64,000 nucleotides of DNA from an uncultured Acidobacteriota bacterium (GCA_963779005.1 CAVZWO010000006.1:362125-426124), one strand, 5' to 3'. Shown: positions 40,401 to 49,060, counted from the first letter of the stretch. Notes: a model not told the origin generated them from the letters alone. Program-made: numbers and translations.

Positions 40401-40431
40401 CGGCCCTCGGCGCGATGATTGCCGAGGGCCG
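40401..40431. terminator. 11-bp GC-rich hairpin between convergent genes
   Basis: CGGCCCTCGGC-gcgatgatt-GCCGAGGGCCG; no clear U-tract. Confidence 0.45.
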
Positions 40432-40449
40432 GAACTGCTTATAGCGGCA

Positions 40450-41267
40450 CTAGCGTGTGGGGGAAGTGGTTTTCGCAGCCGGAGAATTGGTCGCGGGCTT
40501 TGGCGAAGGAGCAGGAGCGCGTTTTTTTAATTCGTCGATGCGCTTCTCGTATAAATCGGTGAGGCAGTCGATCCAACCCTTATAGGGAGCACATTGTTTG
40601 TCGCGGTTTATAAGCCACGCGCGCTGCTCGGCTATGGGGACATCGCGATCTGCCGGGGAGAGCTTGGCAAGCAGGGCTGTGTAAGCTGCGCCTAGTTGCA
40701 CATCCAAGGTGGCCAGTTCTTCGACATGGCATATAGCGTTTTCCACTTCGCTTAAGGATTTCTTGCAGTCATAGCTCGTGGGAAAGATGCCGGTCTTGTG
40801 GATAGAATCCACGGCGAATTCCTTGCCGTTCCATTTGTAGCGGATGATGAGGGAATTTTGGCGCGGGAGGGATCGTCCTCGAAATTGGCGACGAGCAAGC
40901 CGTTTTCGACGACGAGATCGTAATTGCGGTTGCCAAACATGTTGTCGTAGGTTTTGGGGTCGACTTCGGCGATTTTCATTTCTTTCAACTCGCCGTCGGA
41001 GTTTCGTGCGAGCACGGAATGGATGTCGGGTCCGCCAGTGCCGCTCATGCAGGTTCCGGCGATCACGATAGCCTGCTGGGTGCCGTCTCCTTTGAAGTCG
41101 TAGTAGTCCACCTTCCAGAAATGCGGCGGTTGATCAGCGGGGCATTCTTCCATTCGATTGGTCCACTTCGCGATTTCATCCTTTTCGATTGGCTTTGATT
41201 TTTGCGCGTGAGCGCAGGGAATGACGAAGAGGAGAAGCAACGCGGCGAACGAACGAGCGAGTTTCAT
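40450..41267 (-). pseudogene. Secreted protein with a C-terminal LprI (DUF1311)-like domain, split by a 1-nt frameshift near 40855-40875
   Basis: ORF 41267-40752 (signal peptide) continues in the -1 frame as NSLIIRYKW..PTSYDCKKS..VENAIC..EL..LD..L..AY..QRAWL..RD..C. Confidence 0.7.
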
Positions 41268-41369
41268 GGCGCTTGCTCAATACCTTTCTGTACCTCCATT
41301 GCAGCACACTCGGAGCGCGTCAGCGCCCAGAGGCGATGCGTGGTGTCCAAAAAGTAGTGGCGCCCTGCG

Positions 41370-43841
41370 CTACTCGGCGCGGAGCGCTTCGACGGGATCG
41401 ACGGTGGCGGCGCGGCGTGAGGGCAGATAGCTGGCCACGAACGCGGTGGCGACCAGGCCGAGCGTGACGGCGATGTAGGTGAGGGGGTCCATGGCGCTGA
41501 CGTGAAAGAGCAACGAGGACATAAGGCGCACGGCGAACAGGGCGATGAGCAGACCAAAGGCGGCGCCGACGCTGGCGAGAATGAGGCCGTGTCGAACGAA
41601 CATGTTGGTTACGGTTTTTGTTTGTGCGCCGAGGGCCATGCGGATGCCGATTTCGCGGACGCGCTGCGAGACAGAATAGGCGACGACGCCATAGATGCCG
41701 ACAACGCCGAGAAGCAAAGCCATGGCACCGGCAACGGCCAGCATGATCAGGGTAAAAGAAGTGCGCGCCATGGATTCCCGGTAGAAAGACTGCATGGTAT
41801 CGACGCGGGACAGGGGGAGATTGGGGTTGATGGACCAAACAGCTTCGCGCAGTTCCTTCAAAAACGCTTGCGAGCCGGCGCGTGGGCTGCGTACTCCAAA
41901 CCGGGTATAACTTTCGACGCGGTGAGCCTGACCCTCGAAGCGCTCGAGTAAAGGCGGCCAATAGCACATCGAGGGCGGAGCCTTGGTAACGCCGTCGCCG
42001 TAGACATCGGTGACCACGCCGATGATTTCGCGCCAGTCATCGGTGCTGGCAACGCGAATGCGCTTGCCGAGAGCGTTGGCAGGAGACTGCCAGTAGTCGC
42101 GGGCAAAATTTTCCGAAATGAGAACGACGGGACGTTTCTGATAGACGTCGTCCCAGTTGATATCCCGGCCGGCCAGCAGCGGCGTGCCAACGGTGGAGAA
42201 GAAGCCAGGAGTGATGAAGGCAAAACGGCGAAGAGGAGGAAACTGGCCATCGGCAAGAGGGTGGTCTTCGGCATAGACGACATCGTTGTTGGAGCTGCCG
42301 TCCATGGGGAAAAGAGTGGAAGTGGCGACGGAGGAAACGCCGGGAATGGCCGCGATTTTCTCGCGCATGGCCTGGAAGCTGCGGATGACGGCTTCATCGG
42401 ACTTAATCTGATTCTCGGGAATGTTGATGCTGAAGGATTGCACGGTGGCAGGATCGGTGAAGCCAGGATTGACGCGGGTAATGGCGCGGAAGGTGCGGAT
42501 CATCAGGCCGGAGCAGATAAGGAGAACGAGAGCGAGCGCGACTTGCACGACGACGAGGACGCTGCGAACGCGATGCTGTTCGCGGCTTTGGCTGTTGCCG
42601 CGGCCGCCCTGGCGGATGCCGGTGTTCAGATGGACGCCCGCGTATTTGAAGACGGGGATGGCGCCAAAAAGGAGGCTGGCGAGGAGAGCGAGGACCAGGG
42701 TGAAGAGGAGCACAGGACCGTCGATGCCGATTTCGTTGAGGCGGGGAAGACCGGCGGGAGAAAGAGCGATGAGAATGCGGAGCGCGGCATAGGCGAGACC
42801 GAGTCCGATGGCGCTACCGAGTAAGCCTAGAATGACACTCTCGAAGAGGAGTTCTCCAGCGATGCGATAAGGGCCAGCGCCGAGGGCGGAGCGGACAGCA
42901 AGCTCCTGGCGGCGGCCTTCGACGCGGACGAGGAGGAGATTGGCGACGTTGGCGCAAGCAATGAGCAGAACCATGCCAATGGAGCCCATGAGGACCCAGA
43001 GCATGCTGCCGACGTCACCAACAACCTGGTTTTTGAGGGGATGAAGATTTGGGCCGATGTGGGCATCGTCAAAAAGTTTGGCGCTAAAGCCTGGCGGGGC
43101 GGGGAAGGAACGCACGACAAGAGGAAGCATGCGGGCGATGTCGGCGTTGGCTTGCTGAAGGGTGACGCCGGGCTTGAGGCGGGCGAGGCCTTGCTGGCTG
43201 AAATTGCCTAGGGTGGTTTTGCCGCGGTCCCACTTGAAGGGGAGAATGACGGCGGGATCCTGAAAATCGAGGAAGTGGAATTTGGCGGGCATGACGCCGA
43301 TGATTTGGTACGAAGCGCCGTCCAGCAGGATGTTCTGACCGAGGACGGAGGGCGCTCCGGCGAATTGTTTCTTCCAGAAGCCGTAGGTGATGATGACGGT
43401 ATCGGGCGCGCCTGGAGAGTCGTCCTGACGGGTGAAGGTGCGGCCGAGCAGCGGGGGAATGCCAAGGAGAGGAAGGGTGCCGTCGGTGACGTTGAGAGAG
43501 TCGATGCGTTCCGGCTGGGCGACGCCAGTCAGGGCGACGCGGCCGCCGCTATAAACGCCAACGTCCTGGAAGCTTTGGTTCTGCTCGCGGTATATGAAGT
43601 AGTTGGAGGGGGACATGTTGAGATCGTCGATGCCGATACCGGGAGCGGTGTGCCAGACGGCAACGAGTTCATTGGGTTTGGGGTAGGGGAGAGGCTTGAG
43701 GAGTACGCCTTCGAGGACGCTGAAGACAACGGTGTTGCCGCCGACGCCGGCGGCGAGAGTGATGAGCGTGATCGCGGTGAAGAGGGGCGCTTTGAGGAGG
43801 CGGCGTAAGACTTGTTTCATTTCGACCAGCAATGTTCGCAT
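41370..43841 (-). CDS. ADOP-family duplicated ABC permease (MacB/FtsX-like)
   Basis: Two MacB_PCD-FtsX halves; LLIACANVANLLL.R...RRQELAVRSALGAG, VSQRVREIGIRMALGA, RRAATVDPVEALRAE; start ATG 43841. Confidence 0.95.
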   Translation of the reverse strand: MRTLLVEMKQVLRRLLKAPLFTAITLITLAAGVGGNTVVFSVLEGVLLKPLPYPKPNELVAVWHTAPGIGIDDLNMSPSNYFIYREQNQSFQDVGVYSGGRVALTGVAQPERIDSLNVTDGTLPLLGIPPLLGRTFTRQDDSPGAPDTVIITYGFWKKQFAGAPSVLGQNILLDGASYQIIGVMPAKFHFLDFQDPAVILPFKWDRGKTTLGNFSQQGLARLKPGVTLQQANADIARMLPLVVRSFPAPPGFSAKLFDDAHIGPNLHPLKNQVVGDVGSMLWVLMGSIGMVLLIACANVANLLLVRVEGRRQELAVRSALGAGPYRIAGELLFESVILGLLGSAIGLGLAYAALRILIALSPAGLPRLNEIGIDGPVLLFTLVLALLASLLFGAIPVFKYAGVHLNTGIRQGGRGNSQSREQHRVRSVLVVVQVALALVLLICSGLMIRTFRAITRVNPGFTDPATVQSFSINIPENQIKSDEAVIRSFQAMREKIAAIPGVSSVATSTLFPMDGSSNNDVVYAEDHPLADGQFPPLRRFAFITPGFFSTVGTPLLAGRDINWDDVYQKRPVVLISENFARDYWQSPANALGKRIRVASTDDWREIIGVVTDVYGDGVTKAPPSMCYWPPLLERFEGQAHRVESYTRFGVRSPRAGSQAFLKELREAVWSINPNLPLSRVDTMQSFYRESMARTSFTLIMLAVAGAMALLLGVVGIYGVVAYSVSQRVREIGIRMALGAQTKTVTNMFVRHGLILASVGAAFGLLIALFAVRLMSSLLFHVSAMDPLTYIAVTLGLVATAFVASYLPSRRAATVDPVEALRAE

Positions 43842-44059
43842 GGACGCAACCCCCAGGACGCGAAACTTGAAAGATTTGACTGCTGCTGCAAGCCGCACTT
43901 CTATGTACGAAGACGCTTATGGAATGTTCCCATTAACCGCGGCGCGCAGAAACTAATTGCATCCAAATGCGTAATTGATGAGTGGTGCAAGGTAAAGCTG
44001 GCGGTTCGGGAGTGTTCAGAAGCTGCGGTGGGGTGTAGACTCGCGGAAGTGATGGGAAA

Positions 44060-45298
44060 ATGCCGCTTGTGGTGGCGGAAGGGGAGTTGAAGGCCGTGGG
44101 ACAGTCGATTCCCTTTGGACAACATATAGCAAGACCGCCGGTGGCGGTGCGGGTGGGTGCGGGAGTTGGCGCGCGTGTCGAGTCCGTGCCGTGGACGATC
44201 TGGTGCATGGTGGCGGGAGTTGTCAGCGGGATGATCGGCGGGCCGTGGGATATTTCGTGGCACATGTCGATCGGGCGAGACACGTTTTGGACTCCGGCGC
44301 ACATCATGATTCAGATGACCGGGGTGCTGGTGGGAATCGCGTGCGGATACATGATTTTGGCGGCGACGTTTGGGCATGACGCGGCGAGGCAGGAAGCGTC
44401 GGTGAAGATTTGGGGATTTCGCGGGCCTCTCGGCGCGTTCATTGCAGTGTGGGGATGCATTGCGATGCTGACGTCGGCGCCGTTCGATAATTGGTGGCAC
44501 AACGCGTATGGGCTGGACGTGAAAATTGTGAGCCCGCCGCACACTTTGCTTTCGCTCGGTTCGCTTTCCATCAAGATTGGGTTGATGGCGTTGATGGCCG
44601 GGTTGATGAACCGCGCTTCGGATGGCGTGCGCCGAACGCTGGGAGCACTTTTGCTTTTTATTGGCGCGGGGTGCGTGGCGCAGATGGGATTGATTCTGAC
44701 TGGCAGCACGTGGCCGACGGAGATGCACACCGCGGCGTGCTACTTGGCGGTGGCGATTGCGGCTCCAGCGGTGCTGATCGCGCCGGCGTGGGGTTCCCGG
44801 TGGCGATGGGGTTGCACGGTTGTTGCGGGGATCTATACGGCAGTGCTGCTGGCGTTCGAATGGATACTGCCGTTGTTTCCGGCGGAGCCAAAGCTGGGGC
44901 CGGTCTATCAGCACGTCACGCATTTAGTGCCACTGCGATTTCCGCTGCTCCTGATTGTGCCTGCGTTCGTCCTGGATCTTTTGTGGCGCAAGACGGGTGC
45001 ATGGGGAAGATGGAAGCTGGCGGCAGTGACGGGGCCGGCGCTTGTGCTGAGCTTCTTGGCGGTGCAGTGGCCATTTGCGAATTTTCTGATGTCGCCAGGG
45101 TCACGCAATTGGTTTTTCGGGACGGCGTACTTCGCGTATTTTGATCCGGCGAATATTCTTTATGATCCGTACAAGTTCCGAAATTTGGAAAGGCCGGGGC
45201 GGTTCTGGGCGTTGATGATGATGGCGCTCGTTTTCAGCGTGATTACAGCGCGGCTGGGATTCGCATGGGGAGATTGGATGCGGCGGCTGAGGCGGTGA
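44060..45298 (+). CDS. Polytopic membrane protein with PmoC/AmoC-like metal motifs and a PmoA/AmoA-like C-terminal half
   Basis: WDISWHMSIGRDTFWTPAH and FDNWWHNAYGLDVKIVSPPH; later WRWGCTVV..LLAFEWI, FPLLLIVPAFVLD, VTGPALVLSFLAVQWP; about 9-10 hydrophobic segments by eye. ORF is solid; family call is inference. Confidence 0.7.
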   Translation: MPLVVAEGELKAVGQSIPFGQHIARPPVAVRVGAGVGARVESVPWTIWCMVAGVVSGMIGGPWDISWHMSIGRDTFWTPAHIMIQMTGVLVGIACGYMILAATFGHDAARQEASVKIWGFRGPLGAFIAVWGCIAMLTSAPFDNWWHNAYGLDVKIVSPPHTLLSLGSLSIKIGLMALMAGLMNRASDGVRRTLGALLLFIGAGCVAQMGLILTGSTWPTEMHTAACYLAVAIAAPAVLIAPAWGSRWRWGCTVVAGIYTAVLLAFEWILPLFPAEPKLGPVYQHVTHLVPLRFPLLLIVPAFVLDLLWRKTGAWGRWKLAAVTGPALVLSFLAVQWPFANFLMSPGSRNWFFGTAYFAYFDPANILYDPYKFRNLERPGRFWALMMMALVFSVITARLGFAWGDWMRRLRR

Positions 45299-45337
45299 GC
45301 CGGGACAAGAGAAAAGAAAGAGAAGAAAGAAAAAAAT

Positions 45338-45372
45338 AACGCAGAGGCACGGAGTCAGCAGAGATTCGCAGA
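45338..45372. repeat. Degenerate GCAGAG periodic repeat in the gap between the two putative copper genes
   Basis: aacgcagaggcacggagtcagcagagattcgcagag, preceded by a purine-rich tract. Confidence 0.4.
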
Positions 45373-45417
45373 GCCGAAATCGGAAGAGAAGATACAGGGA
45401 TAGGGCTGAGGAGATAC

Positions 45418-46911
45418 ATGCGGCGACGGACGATCTGGATTTTTATACTGGTGTTGGTGGCGGCGATTTCGGTGAGCGCGCACGTGGGAAGCGCGGACGT
45501 GTTTTTTGAGGGAGATGCTGGGCCGTATCACCTTTACGTGACGGTACGCGTGCCTCAAGTGATTCCGGGGATCGCGGAAATTCAAGTGCGCAGCGCTTCG
45601 AATGATGTGGAGAAGGTCGAAATTGTTCCGATGCGGCTGAGCGGGGCGGGTTCGAACTTTCCTCCGACTCCGGACGTCGCGGAAAGATCGAAGCAAGATC
45701 CGCAATTCTTTACCGGAAGTTTGTGGCTGATGGAATCTGGAGCGCTGAAGGTGCGTGTTTCCGTGGAGGGCAGTAAAGGCAAGGGAGAACTTGCGGTGCC
45801 CGTACCGGCGTATGCACAGAGAACTCTTCCTATGGAGCGATCCCTCAGCGGCCTGCTGGGATTTTTGATGGTGTTTCTGGCGGTGGGTCTGGTGTTCATC
45901 GCAGGAGCGGCGTCGCGGGAAGGAAATCTGGAGCCGGGAGAGATGCCGTCGCCCGCGAGAGCAAGACGCGCCAGACTCGTGATGGTGATTACAGCGGTGA
46001 TCGTCCTGGGAATTATCTATCTGGGGAAAGCGTGGTGGGGCGCGGAAGCTTCGAACTACAAGCGAGGCGTCAATTTTTTCAAACCGCCGGAAGCGGAGAC
46101 GCAGCTCGTTAACGGAAATCGGCTGGTGATCCGAGCCAAGGGACAGGATCCGGAGTGGTCGAGAGAAGTAAAGATGGAAGACGTAATTCCGGATCACAGC
46201 CATCTGATGCACTTGTTTTTGATGAGCACGCCAGGGATGGAACGTATGTGGCATTTGCATCCGGAGCGAGGAGAGAGCGGATCGTTTGTGGACGAGCTGC
46301 CGAATATGCCGGCAGGGCACTACGAAGTGTTCGCGGACATCGTGGACAAGGCGGGTTTTCCCTGGACGCTGGTAGGGCAAGTGGATTTGCCGCAGATAAA
46401 TGGGAAGGCGCTTGCGGGGGATGACTCGACTTGGACGGGAACGGCGTTGGCAGCGCAGGCCGGCGATGCGACCGTCGCGCAACTTGCGGACGGTGGGCGG
46501 ATCGTTTGGGAAAAGGGAAGCGCGCCGTTGGTCGCGAATGCGGCGATGGTGTTCAAGTTCAGAGTTGAGGATAAGGACGGGAACCCCGCGAAAGATATGG
46601 AGCCGTACATGGGAATGGCCGGGCACGCGGAGTTCGTTAGCTCTGATATGAGCGTGTTTGCGCACATCCATCCGGCGGGCTCGGCTTCGATGGCCGCGCT
46701 GGATCTGGCGAACGGTACCCCTGCAGCGGGAGCTGTCGCCGCGGAAGGAAGCATGCCCAGCGGGATGGCCATGGCGATGCCGACGGGTGCGCTTGAGCCG
46801 GAAGTCACCTTTCCTTACGGTTTTCCCAAGGCCGGAGAGTACAGAATTTTCGTTCAAATCAAACGCGGTGGGCAAGTGGAAACCGGCGTCTTCGACGCTC
46901 ACGTACAGTGA
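45418..46911 (+). CDS. Putative copper-binding membrane protein: signal, N-terminal His, beta domain, 2 TM, two His-rich YtkA/Ig-like domains
   Basis: VSA-HVGS cleavage; TM LSGLLGFLMVFLAVGLVFIAG and LVMVITAVIVLGIIYLG; DHSHLMH..HLHP and GMAGH..HIHP; Met-rich loop; GAGGAG RBS. Confidence 0.72.
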   Translation: MRRRTIWIFILVLVAAISVSAHVGSADVFFEGDAGPYHLYVTVRVPQVIPGIAEIQVRSASNDVEKVEIVPMRLSGAGSNFPPTPDVAERSKQDPQFFTGSLWLMESGALKVRVSVEGSKGKGELAVPVPAYAQRTLPMERSLSGLLGFLMVFLAVGLVFIAGAASREGNLEPGEMPSPARARRARLVMVITAVIVLGIIYLGKAWWGAEASNYKRGVNFFKPPEAETQLVNGNRLVIRAKGQDPEWSREVKMEDVIPDHSHLMHLFLMSTPGMERMWHLHPERGESGSFVDELPNMPAGHYEVFADIVDKAGFPWTLVGQVDLPQINGKALAGDDSTWTGTALAAQAGDATVAQLADGGRIVWEKGSAPLVANAAMVFKFRVEDKDGNPAKDMEPYMGMAGHAEFVSSDMSVFAHIHPAGSASMAALDLANGTPAAGAVAAEGSMPSGMAMAMPTGALEPEVTFPYGFPKAGEYRIFVQIKRGGQVETGVFDAHVQ

Positions 46912-47021
46912 CAAAGGTCCGAGATCGGCTGCGTTTCCTCGCCAGCGCGTGACCGTGCTAGAGTCTTCCCTTCGAGCTGCCTACCGCAGTTGAAAGCAAA
47001 AGCAGAGACCTGGAGGCGGAA

Positions 47022-48494
47022 TTGGCGTATCGGGATTTGCGGGAGTTTGTCCAGAAGCTGGAGAAGGAAGGGGAGCTGAAGCGGATTCGCGCAGAAGTGG
47101 ACCCGATTCTGGAAATTACGGAAGTGACACAGCGGGTTGCGCGAGACAAGAACCGCTTGCCGGACAGCGTCGGTCCGGCTCTGCTCTTTGAGAAGCCGAA
47201 GGGTTCGCGTGTGCCGCTTTTGGTGAACACATTTGGCAGCGTGCGGCGCATGGCGCTGGCGTTTGAAGTGGGCGAATTGGACGAAGTGGCGGCGCGGATT
47301 CAGGGATTTTTGAAGATGGAGACGCCGCAGGGGCTCTTCGACAAAATCAAGATGTTGCCAAAGCTGGCGGAGTTGGGCTCATTTTTCCCCAAGACCGTGA
47401 AGTCAGGGCCGTGCAAGGAAGTGATGCACCACGGCACAGATGTGAACCTCTTTGATTTTCCGATTCTGAAATGCTGGCCGCAGGATGGCGGGCGCTTTAT
47501 CACGTTTCCGCTGGTATTCACGAAAAATCCGGAGACGGGCAAGCGCAATGTTGGGATGTACCGGATGCAAGTCTACGACGAACGAACGACCGGGATGCAC
47601 TGGCAGACACAAAAACACGGCGCGGAACACTTCCGGCGCGCGAGGGCTAAAAATCCGGAAGGGCGCATCTCTGTAAGCGTAGCGATTGGTGCGGATCCTG
47701 CCACGGCGCTTTCGGGAATGCTCCCGATTCCTCCGGATTTGGACGAAATGATGTTCGCAGGGTTCTTGCGCCGCGAACCCGTCGAGATGGTGCCGTGCGA
47801 GACAAATGATCTCGAAGTTCCCGCGAACGCAGAAGTCGTTCTGGAAGGCTATGTGAATTTGAACGAAATGCGTACGGAAGGGCCGTTCGGCGATCACACG
47901 GGATTCTATTCGCTGGAAGGGGAGTATCCCGTTTTTCATGTGGAGTGTGTGACGCACAAGAAGGACCCCATCTACCTCACCACAGTGGTGGGGCCGCCGC
48001 CGCAGGAAGACTATTACATGGGCTACGCGGTCGAGCGCGTGTTTCTGCCGGTGATGAAGATGCAGTATCCGGAAATTGTGGATGTGGCGATGCCGGCCGA
48101 GGGAATTTTCCACAACCTGATGATTGTGGCGATTCGCAAGTCCTACCCGGGACACGCGCGCAAAATCATGAACGCGATTTGGTCGCTGGGCCAGGCGATG
48201 TTCACAAAAGTTATTGTCGTGGTGGACCACGACGTGAACGTACGCAACTATAGCGAAGTGGTCTGGAAGGCTCTGTGCGCCCTCGACCCCGAGCGCGACG
48301 TGCAATTCTCTTTAGGGCCCGTGGACACGCTGGATCACGCGCAAAGAATGCAGGACTACGGTTCGAAAATGGGAATCGACGCGACGCGCAAGTGGGAGAC
48401 GGAAGGATTCACGCGCCCGTGGCCGGATGAAATCCTGATGGATGAGGCAACACGCGCGCGCATCGCCGCCATCTGGAAAACATTGCAACTGTGA
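47022..48494 (+). CDS. ubiD: UbiD-family (prFMN) decarboxylase, probably quinone biosynthesis
   Basis: YRDLREF...LE..GEL, NVGMYRMQ, MHWQ..KHG, EGPFGDHTGFY, VGPPPQED, SKMGIDAT; TTG start with GGAGG. Confidence 0.92.
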   Translation: MAYRDLREFVQKLEKEGELKRIRAEVDPILEITEVTQRVARDKNRLPDSVGPALLFEKPKGSRVPLLVNTFGSVRRMALAFEVGELDEVAARIQGFLKMETPQGLFDKIKMLPKLAELGSFFPKTVKSGPCKEVMHHGTDVNLFDFPILKCWPQDGGRFITFPLVFTKNPETGKRNVGMYRMQVYDERTTGMHWQTQKHGAEHFRRARAKNPEGRISVSVAIGADPATALSGMLPIPPDLDEMMFAGFLRREPVEMVPCETNDLEVPANAEVVLEGYVNLNEMRTEGPFGDHTGFYSLEGEYPVFHVECVTHKKDPIYLTTVVGPPPQEDYYMGYAVERVFLPVMKMQYPEIVDVAMPAEGIFHNLMIVAIRKSYPGHARKIMNAIWSLGQAMFTKVIVVVDHDVNVRNYSEVVWKALCALDPERDVQFSLGPVDTLDHAQRMQDYGSKMGIDATRKWETEGFTRPWPDEILMDEATRARIAAIWKTLQL

Positions 48495-48619
48495 CGTGGC
48501 ACGGAGAGAGCGAGCCATTGATTGCCCCCAAAGCGTAACCGTCCCTAAGGACAGGCGTCGAGGGCGGAAAAACGCAATATATAGTGGTTCGCAGTAATGC
48601 GTTCTACAACTCCTAGTAC

Positions 48620-48665
48620 AAACTACCCTCAATACCCCAGAACTGCCTAAGAATAGGGGTAGTTT
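48620..48665. promoter_or_regulatory. Inverted repeat in the AT-rich region upstream of the HTH-pil operon
   Basis: AAACTACCC (48620-48628) and GGGTAGTTT (48657-48665), with an extra ATACCCC between them. Confidence 0.4.
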
Positions 48666-48820
48666 TAAGGCAACTCCGGAAGAGAATCCCTTGACGCTCT
48701 GAGGTTTGGAATGTCATAAAGCATGCACGGGCCGCACCTCCAGTAATCCGCAGCGCAGCAGGGGTGCCCTTGGCAGTGGTGGGTTTGGCGTGCGTTTGCG
48801 GCGCCGGGGTGACGTTCCTC

Positions 48821-49018
48821 GTGAATGAATCGCGTGAAGTGATGAATGTGAGACAGGCGTCGCAGTATCTGGGTATCTCCCCGGATACCCTGTACCGTTA
48901 CATCACGGAAGGCGAAATTCCAGCATTCAAACTTGGTAATCGTTGGAAACTGCGTAAGACGATTCTGGACCGCTGGATGGAACGCAAGATGAGCCAGGCG
49001 CACGCGAGGCGCCGATAG
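48821..49018 (+). CDS. HTH_17 (excisionase-like) DNA-binding protein
   Basis: EVMNVRQASQYLGIS.DTLYRY..EGEIPAFKLGNRWK. Confidence 0.88.
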   Translation: MNESREVMNVRQASQYLGISPDTLYRYITEGEIPAFKLGNRWKLRKTILDRWMERKMSQAHARRR

Positions 49019-49060
49019 CTTGCCGGGCGTATTGGCGAAAGAGACCGAGGTATTCAGGGT

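Noticed and set aside
40850-40880. Programmed -1 ribosomal frameshift in the LprI gene
   Set aside because: No canonical X-XXY-YYZ slippery heptamer in the reading frame; a simple indel is more parsimonious.
43955-43976. AATTGCAT-CCAA-ATGCGTAATT as a copper-regulator operator upstream of 44060
   Set aside because: Imperfect palindrome that does not match the CsoR, CopY or CueR sites I know; could equally serve the divergent permease.
47022-48494. ubiD as a third member of the putative copper monooxygenase system (quinol supply)
   Set aside because: 110-bp gap, own RBS and ordinary housekeeping family; adjacency alone is not evidence. Worth revisiting only if synteny is conserved.
48821-49018. 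Excisionase as a sign of a prophage or ICE
   Set aside because: No integrase, tRNA/att site or phage genes; flanked by core genes.
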